Shown here piece by piece: positions 39,413-52,472 of a stretch of DNA of 64,000 bases. Every line of letters starts with the position of its first letter. Positions within the stretch are counted from its first letter, which is position 1. Location of the stretch: positions 6,200,001 through 6,264,000 of the forward strand of contig JAYWIR010000001.1 in NCBI GenBank assembly GCA_036172245.1, given 5' to 3'. Under the pieces are notes generated by a model that was given only the letters and a program-made list of their open reading frames with translations, did not search any database and was not told the origin of the DNA. This stretch comes from Raillietiella orientalis. Taxonomy: Eukaryota. The translations under genes and the position numbers were made by a program.

Positions 39413-41447
39413 TTAATTGGAAATAAATTCTTGATTAGATGGATAACAGTGGTAAACTTTTGTAAACAAGTGCTTTTCTATGTCATCTAATAAACTGCTG
39501 GCACCTAAACGGAACAGACTGGAACACAACCATTCTGAACCAAGTTCCTGTTTCAAGAGAACCAACCAATCCAATGCCTGTCTGACAGTACGAATCCCTC
39601 CTGCAGGTTTGAATCCAACCTAAAAGCACCAAACCCTTTACTACAAACTGTTTAAATAATGACCAAAGAAAGCACTCCTGGTAATTATTATCTACCTTAT
39701 ATCCTGTATGAGCATAGTATTGCCTTATAGCTCGCAACATAACCAATCCAACTATAGATGTTGCATTCACTGTTTCCTTTCCAGTGGATGTTTTAATAAA
39801 ATCTGATCCTGAAAGTAATTGCAAGTACAAGAAGTCAAAAAGAGAAAAAAATTACAGTAACACCTGCCATCATAGCTACAAGACTAGCTTTATGCACTGT
39901 TGATAAGGATCCAAGCTCTCCAGTTGCTAAGATAGTTTTCATAGTTGCATTTCCACAAGCAGTTCTCATTTGGCATAATTCATCATACAATGCTTCAAAT
40001 CACCTCGATCTCAATTGATATACTATTTCAGTCTTACATTGCCAATTTCCTGAGAGTGCCTTTTCTCTATCAATAACAATGTCAATCTCTGTTGCTCCAT
40101 CCTGAACACACAGCTCAATTTCCTTTAAGCGGGTTTTAAGATGGTACTGTCCACTTGGAAAACCTGCAGCGACTACAAGAAACATGCCTTTAGGATATGA
40201 AAAATATTATTACATATTTTTGCATCTTGAGTTCTACACTGAAATTTTCAAGAGCTCAATAGTTTCAAATAAAGCCAATGTGTGAGAAGAGCAAAGCAGT
40301 TTGAACATTTTACTTCACATTACAAAATATCTAACAAATTTAATATACGTATAAAACTGCACAGAAACATTACTTAGTGCAACATCTAAGGCAAGTTAAA
40401 TAAGGACATATAATAAATAAAGATATAAATATATAAATCGCAAATCTTGTTCCAAATAGTTTTTGATATGAAAAATTCCTATCAAAAACACAAAAGAAAA
40501 CGAAAATGATGACTTTAGATTTACAATAATTTCCTTTTGTTATGCCCAAAGCTTAAGGTGGATTTGTTTTATTTTGATAACATTGCAATTTGAGTTGCAG
40601 GTACAGGGATTCTCAATCAATGCCTAGTTATAATGGATTTTAAATTATATTTGTAATGACCTGAAGCAATCTGTATTTTTTCATTTCCTAAAATCTTCAA
40701 AGAAGAGCATACATTTGAAACACGTGCTGGATAAACACATATGGCAGCACAATGGAAATCAGATGGTGGTACTTTCCAATGTTTTAAGATATCTGGTCGT
40801 ACAGGATTGCAAGCTTTGATGCAAAGGCGTTGTATGTTTGCCACAGTATCATCACCTTGTATTTTTCACAACTGTTGAGTTCTACTTTATAATCACATGT
40901 ACCTGACAAACTAGTCAAATCAATTAAAGATATGCCATGTAGCAACCATGCTGCTTCATCTTTTACTTTAACATAACTCTGTATGTAATTGATTCTAGCA
41001 ATCACTGCTGGAAGATTAATATTTACATTCTGAAGTAAATCCTTATCTGAAATCAAATTTTTTTCAAGTTGCACAGGTTTTAACATGACATTCAAAACCT
41101 GATGTATTAAAAGAAACAATTTTTTCGTTTATCCAATTATATCCTCCAAAATCAATACAAAAAATTCAAACCAATTCTAATGTTACTGGACTATGTTTAT
41201 GGATGTGAACACAATAGATTAGCTATACTAATAGCCATACACTATCAGTTAGTTAAACCAAAAATCAATTAGAATTACTTGATCCAAAAAACACACTTTT
41301 TTGAATAGTCTAAAACATGCATGTAAATAATTTTTGCTTTTTTTCTTCACTAACAATTAATGCAATGATTAATTTCAATTCTAACATTCTACCTGAAAGT
41401 TTAAAAGAATACTTACCAAATGCAATTCCTTTATTTTTATTGCACAT
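39413..41447 (-). CDS. DERA: Deoxyribose-phosphate aldolase
   Basis: ATG at 41447 (MCNKNKGIAF); exons encode IDLTSLSGDDT, AAICVYPARV, VAAGFPSGQY, GATEIDIVI, MKTILATGELG, GSDFIKTSTGKETVNAT, VGFKPAGGIRT, FRLGASSLL; stop at 39415-39413; canonical introns. Confidence 0.95.
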
Positions 41448-44154
41448 TTTAGATGATATGTTGATCTAAGGAAGGGGCTAAATATGTGCAAAAACTAAAT
41501 TCACTGAAATATACAATAAGAGTAGAATTGTTTAGGTGTCTCATTTCATTAAAAACTTTTTTGAACAAATGTTAATAAATTAATACTTCCAACAGGTTAA
41601 ATTTTGGGTCCTTGTGCATCATAACATTACAAGAAACACCATGAGAACTAGAGAACAAATTTTCAGAAATTTAATGTCAATAATAATAATAAAATGAGCC
41701 ACTTAAGAATACAGTGTATACTACTGTCACTTAAAAGCAGACAAACAAACAAAAATACAATCCTTCAGTTGGCACTGATTCCTCCCAAAAATTATGAAGT
41801 ATATTATTAATGAAATATTCTGCCTAATAAAACTGTATTCACCAGAACCATACTTAAGAGCAAAGTATGCCAATGGATACTGAAAAACTTAAGACATAAC
41901 AGCAAAATGTCAAATAGTGAGAGAGTTTTCTTAGGTTTACATTTGAACCCTTTTATGGTTCTTGGACTGGTAAGATTAAAGTGAGAATCAAGTTTCTGTG
42001 ATCAATAAAACCATTAACCTTCAAATATGCTATGATAGAAAGCTTTCTTTTCTCAACATCTAAATGAGATTAACTGTGGCAGCTTATGACAGTCAGAATT
42101 TCTGGAATTTTTACGGAAATAAAATCAAACTGTTCATTTTTCTCAAGTGACTTAATTTTTCCTTTAACTCGAACTGCCTTCCTCAAATTTGTTAAGATGC
42201 AACCCACAAATGAGGTAAACATATTATTACTGAACTGATAAATGCATGGGACTACCTAAATTCCAAGATATATGAATTTTAATTTAAGATCTATTATTAC
42301 TGACAAGTTTTTTCAAAAAAATGTGACTGTTTTATTTCACTTTTCCAAACTGTTTTCATTACACTTCAATTCCCATCTTAGATCTTTTTGCTATCACACT
42401 ACAAAAAGCATGATGACATGAAAATTTCATATCCTTGACTGTCTTATCTTACTTGTGCTCCAATTACTGATGAATGAATTTAAGAATGGCTTACTCTTAA
42501 CTCTTTATTTATTCCATCTTGATTAATCCAAGGAGGGTAATCTCCAATTATTTCTCAATGTAATTGGAAAATAATTTGCCAGCTTCTCATCTCAAAAATA
42601 CATCTGTTAAATTGTACCAAATTTAAAATAACTCTTTTTGACCCACTCTCAATATTCAACAATGTTAAATTAAAAAATTACTAGTTTTCTTTGCAATTCA
42701 TGTTTTTAACCTTTAACCAAAAATCATAGTGTGTGCAATGCAATAAGAAAGCAAAATATATAATGTTAACATGTTAGAATGTCTCACTGATAAAATAACT
42801 GCACATTCCTTGCCTTTATGCATTTTCTGATTCATGCCTACTTCAAGACTTTAATTACCTATTTTGGACAACTAATAATATGTAGAATCAGTTCCATTAC
42901 TTTAAAATACCATTTAATTAAACTCAATTTCAGCACAAGAGTAAAATCATCAGTTACATCCAAACTATCTTGCTCTTTTTGTGAACTGTATTATCAGTGG
43001 AACTGCATGTAACCCATAATTAGGAATACTTTAAAAATTTGAACCATGATATACAAATAAAAGGCCAATTCCCAGATACCAATTGCTACACAAACTCTTT
43101 TAATGAACATCATTTATTAAGTTTTTGCACATCATGCTTATCAGCTGCAAAATAAAGGGATGCGATTCATTTTATGACTAGAGTTTATCTTCCACTGTAT
43201 CCATAATAACTAAATTTACCATGTAAGTGAATCAAGCATCTATTTTCATTATGCTTACCGGCTACGAATAATCACCCAAGCTGGCGGGTTAAAATTGCTT
43301 CTGAATGCCATCAAAATGAAAATATGTCCCTGATTGACGTAAAAATTAAATGTGAAAACGATCCCCCCAATTTTAACTGTGGCTAATATTTAATAGTTCA
43401 TGGAAAACAAACAAGCAAACCCATAAGCAATGACGATATAACAAATTTCTGCTCGTATATTCAACATGAAAACTCATCAAAAGAAAACGGTGTTGTAATT
43501 ATTATATTATCACTCACACTATTATCACATAACATCACCCATACTTCACAAAAACCTGTGGATGATAACACCATACTTTACAAAGGTTAATTTACAGCAC
43601 AATCATTAAATTCACTCTTCAAGACCCACCCGTCGTACATTCTCTTCTTCCCTAAGCACAGATAAAATTCCCGTGAAAACAACGTTTGCAAAACCATTAT
43701 AAACTAAATTTGCATTTTAAAAATAGCATTTACATAAGCAAATAATAGACTATTGTTTTCTAGACTTATTATAGGTCACAAATGATAGATCTAATGAATA
43801 GAAGCATTTTCTCCATCGTAGGCATCGCCTCGTGGATGGTATGATCAATGGAATCGGTTTTCAAGAAATGACACCTACAGCTTAGATGTAGTGGCTTTAA
43901 ACGGAATCAGTAAGATATTTCGAATAAATTTGAAAAATATAATCCCACAAGGTAATTAACTGATGACCTTCCAGTTGTAAGTTTAGTTCATACAGAATAG
44001 AATGTTACATTGGAATTGAAAAAATATCAGGAATATAATTTCTGTTGTGATTTACGTTTGTTTTCTACATAGGAATCGGAATTTTCAAATAACTGGTTAA
44101 ACAATGAAATATTAATAAATGGGCGTAACGAACTGGGAACAATATTCTTTAATA

Positions 44155-44660
44155 TCACGATGCTAAATACACAATAAAAAAGCAATGCTCATAAACTTCA
44201 TTTGGACAATCTGTGAATTTTAGTACAGCTCTAAATCTTGAAAATTCATTCCGAAGGGTAAAATGTTTGCCCCGAAAGGTATAATCATATGAATAATACT
44301 GAATTTTTTTTCCAAATTTTGACAACTCGAAATTTTTCAGTTGTTTATTAGTTCCACCATTGGTTTCATACAAAGGAAAGTATACGAACTTTTCAGATTG
44401 CATATCTGTCCACAGAATAATAAAATACAAAATATTAATAGATTTGGAGGTAGAAGAGCATTTATTGTTATAAAAGTCTTCAAGCATGCAGTGTGTTTTT
44501 GAGTAATGCCTTAATAAACAAAATGAGTTCAATAAAATCATTTATATTTGCACATAATCTCTCATTTTTATTACTTGTTTGATTTACAGCTATTATTAGT
44601 CATAAAATCAAGAAGAATGGTTGCAAATCGATAATTCGCCAGTCGATAACATTCAACAAC
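44155..44660 (-). mobile_element. Possible decayed retroviral-type (rve) integrase relic
   Basis: Minus-strand 'DWRIIDLQP', 'NSFCLLRHYSK' and 'ILWTDMQSEKF' appear in the order of integrase motifs WQ.DL.D, SKF..LRPL..K, L.TD.G.EF; broken reading frame. Confidence 0.35.
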
Positions 44661-46058
44661 TACTAATGTCTTCAAGTTAGCTACTTGCAATAACATTTTA
44701 CAAAACTTTCCTTCCCGTATCGACGTAAATAGGGGTAATTATATGAAGTATACGATAGAATTATATCAGACGCAAATTTTGAACGAATAAGAAGCGTCCG
44801 TTCTAACTAGGATATAAAAGAGTGCATTGAACGAGTTTCAAACACATACTTTGATTTTAAATGGATGCTAATTGGATGGTTCCAACTGGATTTATCATTC
44901 TAAATTACAAATCCCGTTAATAATTTGACACTGCTCAGAAGAGTTAATGTATTATGTAATTCACTTTATTTCACATTTTATGGAGATTTTAGAGAAATTT
45001 TTAACTATAACTTAAGCATGTACAGTCGATCCTATTATGACCTTGGGAATCATAATTTTACACGTTCAGTAAAATGTGAAGTACTTAAAAAACTAGTTTT
45101 TCTATATTAAAAAATCTGGTATAGATCAAATCAAGAAATTACGTGTCATCAAGTGGGTGAGAAAATAGATTTGGAAGATAACATTTTCATTTTTGAAAAT
45201 CTTTTCAATTCTCACTCATGTCTCTTCCTCTCTGAGCTTTGGCAGATGCTTAATTAATTCATTTAGGTATTATATGCTTATTTGATTTCGACATTTTGGT
45301 TTCATTTAAAATTAATGTTTCAAGCCATTGTGTTTATTCAGTTGGAAGCATTCCTTGAGATAAATTAGTTGCTTTCGTTTTCTTGAAGGTAATCCCAAAT
45401 GTATATGCTGGCATTTCTGATAATTAAAGTTGTAATAACTTTTCTGAAATAACATCTTGCTATTAGTAATATGAAGCATCCGTTTATTCCGTTTTCCACT
45501 GTTTTTGTTTTTGTTTTTTAATCTTGAACGGCGTGCCACCTAATATCGTTATTTGTCGTTCTTCTTTCAATTGCCAAAAAGTTCCTGGCATACTATGCGT
45601 ACAATTGCCTGAAACAACATGAAGGTTTCCACCAGTGAGTGTATCGAGTGAAAATTCTTCGTAGTTAAGGACATTTTTTTATTGAAGCTTGCAACTGAAT
45701 TATTGAATACTAAATCGGTATTTGACTGTTAAAACTTCTAAATTATTTAACCAATTGATTGATCGAGGGAACTGTATTGTGACAAAAATTTGAAGGCAAA
45801 TGTTTTCAGAATAAGATCATATTGTCGTTGATTGAGGTATGAGTGTATTACATCCATGACTTAATAGTTAACCTTAATCAACAAGAGTATTCCTAAGAAT
45901 CCGTACTAACGTGTATATCTGGGAGTAGATACTTTGTGATTGTTAAAATATAGGTATTAATCAGACTTTGATAGGTAATTCTCTCTTTATCTGATGGAAG
46001 TTTAATATTTGAATATCAAGTATATTGATTAAGATCTTAATTATATTGATTCGGAGTC

Positions 46059-47022
46059 ATGAAAATGAATCAGTGGCCAATAAAGCCATATTCCAACTCT
46101 GGAGAAGACTTCCTCCAAAATAAAAATAGCCATCTTAAAGTGAGGTGTATTCAAAATGATTATGAAAAGCCAAGTTTAAGTAGCAGAACTCTGTAAGTTT
46201 ATTAAGGGTGTTCATATTGCAAACATAAATTGTAGGACCCCTACTTGTACTGGAACTTCAGTACTGGGAGTTTGTTTTGATAGAGGAGTCTGTATTGCTG
46301 CGGATACTTTATGTTCATATGGCTCATTAGCTAGGTTTCCAGCATGCTCACGAATAATGAAAGTTAATGAATTAACTGTTCTTGGGATGAGTGGAGATTA
46401 TGCAGATTATCAATATGTGAAAGCTGTCATTGAACAGAAAGTGTAAATATTCTTGGAATCTAACATGGAAACAAGAGTAATGTGAATAATGGTTTTAGCA
46501 TAGATGATTATTGCATGGATGATGGCTTTTATATGAAACCATTGTCTTTACTTTGTTGGCTTACTCGTGTCCTCTACAAGAGAAGATCCAAATTTAATCC
46601 CTTATGGAATCAGTTTGTGGTTGGTGGTTTGCAAGACGGACAACCGTAAATGATTTTGAAATAATGTCTCTTTCTTATTTGTGTGTCAGATGCTTAGGAT
46701 TTGTAGACAAACTTGGAACAGCATATCAAGATACACATATTGCTACTGGATATGGAGCATATCTTGCCTTGCCTATGATGCGGTCTGCATGTGAAGCACA
46801 AGTATTAGATGAATTCCAAGCAAAACAGTTACTACATGACTGTTTAAAAGTGTTGTATTATCGAGATGCTCGTGCTTATCCTAAGGTTTGTTGAAATTAT
46901 ATCAATTACGTATTAAAAAATTGTGTTGTCTCTTGAAGTATGAAGTGGCCACAGTAACAAGTGAAGGAGTCAAAATTGAAGGAATGTTCAAAGTTGAAGC
47001 CAACATGAATGTTACACTCTGA
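46059..47022 (+). CDS. PSMB4: Proteasome subunit beta type-4 (beta-7)
   Basis: Five exons: propeptide then [102 protein letters not shown] at 47020-47022. Confidence 0.95.
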
Positions 47023-47799
47023 GATATCTGATAAGCAAAGTGAGAAATAAATGCATGGCAATTTATGATTTGATTTTGGAAGTACCATGAGGAAGGAAAT
47101 GGATTACCATGAAGAATCTTTCAAACGAGCAGTTTTAGCTTTTTGTATTTGGAAGCATTCATTTGATAATGAAAATCCTAAAACTGAACTGATGAGATAA
47201 AAATCGTTTCAGTAACTGTCGTTTTAAGTTCTTTGTAGACTTCTTTGATTAGTCCATCCTGTTTTAAATACCCAGCGGTATTTTTTTGTGACATCTAACG
47301 ATTGCATAATCATTTCAATATTCAATGTGGATAAAAAAACGTCGCCGCTGTTTCTGTTTCGATAATTTCCTGTAATGTAGAGTTGATCACTGAAAATCGC
47401 CAGCAACCACATCTGTAAACAGTCCATGGAATTCAAATGCATTCTGATGTGATCCGACTAAGTAAAAGTTTTCGATTTACTTTGGCACATGAAAACAGTT
47501 TCGAAGTGCGTCCACACGCATGTTAGGTGTGAGCTTTGTTTCTGATATGCCGGTTCAGGGAGAGGAAGGTGCCACACGTGTAAACTCAATCATCAAGTGG
47601 TTTCCCTTGATAGTACTGTGGGTTCGTGGTTCCGGAAGCAACGAGACATACACAGGCCTTACTTGCGAGTACAATCCGCCTGAGAAAACAGACGGCAGCA
47701 TCATCAACGGATAATGACGAAAATCTCCCAAAACTATGTGGCAGTGCCCATAGTGTATGCGGTGGTCTATTCGGTTCGACTTCGTTATTACTGAAACAG

Positions 47800-48360
47800 T
47801 ACCGAAACAGAAGTTGACGCAAAGAGAGGGAATCCCTATGTAGAATGTCTTCCGCTGCAATGTGGCGCTTTACCTGAGGAATTAAATAGCAGCCGGGTGG
47901 CCCGATAAGCGCCATTCCTAAAAAGGGCAAAATTGCCTTTTTTTAGGAAGTCTTGGAGTAGGCGTTCGGTAACAACCGCGGAAGTCTGGCGCTCCAGGGT
48001 GGCTCTGGCATTTCCCAAACCGGCAGACCTGACTGCGGTGGATGGTCGGTTCGTTGACGGCGTGCCACAGATTTGATGCTTCCGTCCAAGAAAATGAGCG
48101 CTTTGCTTGAACTGAAAGCAATTGGCTACTACCGACTTGTAACATCGAGTAATGATGAGTTCGTAAATCGGAATTCTGAAATTCGTCAACCCAGACCGAG
48201 AAGCTCAAAGGAATCAACTTTCTAGGTTCCAACTCTGCAGTGCCCTCATGTACTAATCGAAGCAAACAACATTCTACCGGTATAGAAAGAGTTTGCGATA
48301 GCAACCCAAAACTCCACACTCTACCTCAAAGCTCTTCCTTGCTAACTATGCAGTAAACTT
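47800..48360 (+). mobile_element. Possible decayed 3' end (zinc knuckle/restriction-like endonuclease) of a non-LTR element
   Basis: + frame with stops reads 'SLCRM' ... 'RRATDLMLPSKKMSALLELKA', resembling CR.C and RPDL.....I.D/E motifs. Confidence 0.3.
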
Positions 48361-50508
48361 CCTTCACACAATATTCACCAAGAAAGGAGAGAACGCTCCT
48401 TGAATGGCAAAAACAATTTGATTCGAGTGTTGCTTCTCAAGTACCTTTATTCGTCAGTAATTATTCGCAATTCAGTCACTGATGCTTACTACTTCTCTGG
48501 CGTTTCATTAAGACACATGAAATTCGTGAATACGCTGGAAATTCAACTCGAGTCCATTCTGAAACCATTTCTCATTCTTTGCAAATGCTTTGGTTCCGTA
48601 ACCGTTTGCTTCTAGCATGCAAAAGAGTACGTGAAAAGGGTTTATAAGCAGGTGGATTTCATTCTGGTGATTAAAAGGTTGAAAAGTTTCCGAGGTTGCT
48701 GTTTAAATAGCACGAACATTTGCCACTTTCCGATTCACGTGCATTCACGCATCATTCTGATGAAACGTCTGAAAGACAAAATAGAAATGAAATAAGAAAT
48801 GGAATTGTGTTGTGCGGAAAAGTAGTACGGTCAGCGGGAAAAAATGCCTCAGGAACTCTTCTGTGAGTGAAAAATTCAATTTACTTTGCGAAACCATCGA
48901 CAAGTAGCAAAAAGGCCTTTGAATCTCCTGAATCTGGCAGCCCTGAATACTGAAGGCAATGGGAAAAAATTTCTTCCGCCAAACTTCCGAAGTAAATGCT
49001 CCAAGTGATCCGCTAGCCGGGTACGGCACCCAAAGCTCGCAAATGCAGCATCAAAAACCACCTAATCACATCCGATGAAACAGGTGGTTTTGAGTTCACC
49101 ACGAGAATGGGAAGAGAACAAGGAAGTCCGCGGACTCCGCAATCGTGATCCAGAAGGGAAACTCTCCCTGAGGTGCTTACGACATCGCGGCAAGCAGAGG
49201 AAGCGAAGCACGTGTCAAAGTTCGGGTGGTCACAGCAGACTGTGTGCACCTTTACCAAATCGCGGAGACGAGTTTGTCCGGTGTTGCTTGGTCCAGGGCG
49301 TTGCTCCTCGTTGATGTATTCACACGCGGTGTATTAATGGTGGGTTGCTGCGCTCCCATAAACAGGGCACCGTGCATCATTTAAATAACCTGAACGCAGG
49401 GTGGTAACTAGCAGGCTGTGCCATCACCGGAAGGAAAAGCAGAAGAGAAAAAGTGAAGCGGAGGATGCAGTCGTGCGAGGAGGGGAAAAAATTTTTTCCT
49501 CCTCGCACGATCACCGATCTTACAGGAGATTGGGAATGGAACCCCCAAACCAGTCGAAAATCCAGTACTGAAGTCGGGATGCTTTCTCTTCCAGCAGCGA
49601 GGCGCATCGTTGCATCAGTGAGCAGCTCTGCGGTTGCGTTTTTATAGGAAGAAGCCCTACTTCTTGGGGCTTGAGGAGAAGCAACTGCGTGAAACACACA
49701 CGAAAAGCAGACATTCACGATGAAAATCGGGACAGATTGCAAAAATGCGAAAGCAAAGTGGGGTTTCGAAACATTCCTTGCAAAGAAACGGAAGCGCAAA
49801 CTCCTCCAAGGAAGACTGGAACGGCTGGGCAGCGGCGTGAGAAGAATATGAAATATTTTATCATCTTTTACGATCGTGGGTCAAGTTTGATTCGCCAAGC
49901 ATGCAGCTTAGGGCTTTAAAAAAAGTTTTCCAGCAAAAATTCAAAGATCATGTCCTCTGATTTTTCGAAGGATACACAGACAGCCTTTACAAGCTCGAGT
50001 TGTGGATATAAATCAATTCCAAATGGCGTTTTCTTCTGTGACCTCTCCTGGGGTTCTTCGACATTTTCTCTTCTGCTTCGCGCCTATGCGTCGGGTGCGC
50101 CTTTAGTTCTTTTTCTCCTGGTTTCTAATCTTGCAAAGCAATTCAGGAGGCTGACTTTTTAGTCCCTCGGATGATGGTTGAAAAGCGAACTGCTACCCGG
50201 AGGCACAAAGACAGAATGATCTTACGCTGCCTCTTTTTTATCAGGACGCTTAGGAAATTCATGAATCCCATTCCTGTTCTCATTCTTCTCGAACATGCCT
50301 CAAAAGGTGCACCTCGGAGTACCTGAAGCGCTCGCTCTAAAAAGCTGATGCTGACTGTTAACCACCACGGTGGACATGAAAGCAACGCCTATGGAAGGAA
50401 AGAGGGACGAAGAATGGCAACGAAAATGGAGAGAGCTGAAACAGTCAGGGAAGGGGGATGGATGGCAGTGGCAGCTGCAGTCTCCGGGTCCCAGAGAAAA
50501 AGAGCAGC

Positions 50509-50556
50509 CAATCATCCCAAATCAGGACATCCCGATGTCCTGATTTGGGATGATTG
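50509..50556. repeat. Perfect 23-bp inverted repeat with 2-nt spacer
   Basis: CAATCATCCCAAATCAGGACATC (50509-50531), CC, GATGTCCTGATTTGGGATGATTG (50534-50556). Confidence 0.95.
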
Positions 50557-51199
50557 AGTCCACCATCAAGTGCCTGACATCACGAGGGAAAGAGTGATGT
50601 CCACATGTACGCGTAGGGTTCCATGCCGCAGCAGGACCAACTGCACAACGAACGATGCCGCTCGTGGGGCGTTCTGGAACCCTATCGGTGGCCGCGCGGG
50701 AAGAAAGCTGGTTCTTGATTCAAGTCAAGAGGGTGGGTAATGGTCAAATTCCGATAGGAGGCGCTGAATTCAGTAGCAAGGCCTGGAGAAATGCGTCACA
50801 TTCCACAAATATTGTGAGGGTCTTTCGGTTGTAGAGCAATAAAAAGTAATGAGACTGCATGAACCGGGGGAGGTTTTCTCTAATCGTCCAGGTTCATTAA
50901 CACGCTTGGCTCCATCGTCCGGGCACATTCAGCATCTCAGAAGAGCGCATAGTAACTGCAGTAATCCGCCGCTTTTCGTCTTAGGAAGGGTTAAAGATCA
51001 ATTTCGACAAGTACGTTGCAAAAACATCAAATTCGATGCCTCTGCCGTGTCTCCTTTTCTTGGTCTAAAACAATGTTCGATCCTCATGAGTCAAAAGAGA
51101 GGCTCTTCCTCTTCTGCCATTACTCCTTGTTGCAATTAAAGGCATCATGTGGTGGACATCCTAGGCGGTGCGTCCGATAGATATCTCTACTGTGCTGGA

Positions 51200-52400
51200 T
51201 ACATCAAGTGCCTCACTGTACCCGCATAACGCTTCGGGATGCCCAACTCACGAATGACTCCATCGTTCCGAGAGTCCCACAATCCGAGTGCACCTACAAG
51301 AAATGCACGTACTGAAGACCTTTTCTCGCAAACATCAAGGCGATTTCCTGGTACTTCCTTCTTTTCTCCTATCTTGTGAGACTGAATACCTCTTCCTTAT
51401 TTTTGAAGGGACAGGAGACTTCGAGGATAAATATCCCATTAGCCTTCTGCAACACCAGATTGGAATCGGACCCAGCACAGTCTTGTTGGACGACACCAAC
51501 TTCCATCCTGCGACATCCTTCGCCGCTGCTGATATCCTTTCGACTATGGCGTCACGCCTACCTGTGTATAGGAAAGAATGCCTCATGAAGTGGTCCAATC
51601 AGTGAGGCAGGGTCTCATCCCAAGCTACACAGAGCCGGCATGACCTTCCTGCTAGGGGGCTGGGCACACCCCGAATTGCAAACAGGTTCAATATTGAGGC
51701 AAGCCTCGAAATCAAGAAGAGATCCTGGTGGGGAACTCCATCAGAAATAGAGGACTTCTTGCGAATGGAGATGCAGGGCCCTTTTTGTCGAGGCGGCGAA
51801 AACAATGCGAATAACCAATGCTGTCTGTAGAGGTGGTGTTTGTGTCCCCTTTAGCATCCGCTGAAGCATGAGTTCACAGCAACCCAGTTCTCACTTCCAA
51901 TGGCTTCCGTTCAGGAACGGTGGCACGAAGAATGTAAAGGTACAGGAAAACCTAAAGAACTTTTCAATAACCCTGTTTCTACCAAAGCATAACCGAAGAA
52001 TGAGCGGATGAGTTCATCTCCATCAAGGCATGCTGACATTTCCCTCTTTACAAGTCCCAGGGCTACAACAGACAAAAACCCAAATTCACGAACACGCAGA
52101 CCCAAAGACGGATCATGGAGAAGAATGCAAAATATGTGCACACAATACGACTTGTTCCAGTGATTGGTAATCCATGGATGGAAAACACGTAGTTTGCAGC
52201 TGATTGGGCAATAAAACAGGGAGAGAGCAAAATAGAGAAACACGTTTTCTTTAATGAATTCGGTCTGGTACCTTTAAGAGAAGAAATGCAACGGAAAGTG
52301 GTCAACCATTCTAAAAAGTACATGTTCAGGATAACATTGTTCAGGACTTTGATATGTATGACAGAGTTTGGAATCAACCAAATTGGGAACATCTACACGG
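51200..52400 (-). mobile_element. Decayed 3' coding end of a restriction-like-endonuclease non-LTR retrotransposon (R2/NeSL/Utopia-type)
   Basis: RSCRLCVAWDETLPH (CCHC knuckle), RRDAIVERI (RH..IV motif), then after a frameshift DLVLQKANGIFILEVSCPFEN...EKRRKY (PD..D/E..K..KY endonuclease motif). Confidence 0.8.
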
Positions 52401-52472
52401 GATGTGAAAGAAATCTTTTCTTCGGGTCACCAAAGCACTGCAAGACGCTGTTGTTATGTGGCTTTCAGAAGG

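Noticed and set aside
42400-43170. Possible RT relic (SLYFAAD, WYLGI on -)
   Set aside because: Motif spacing too short and sequence too degraded to support a call.
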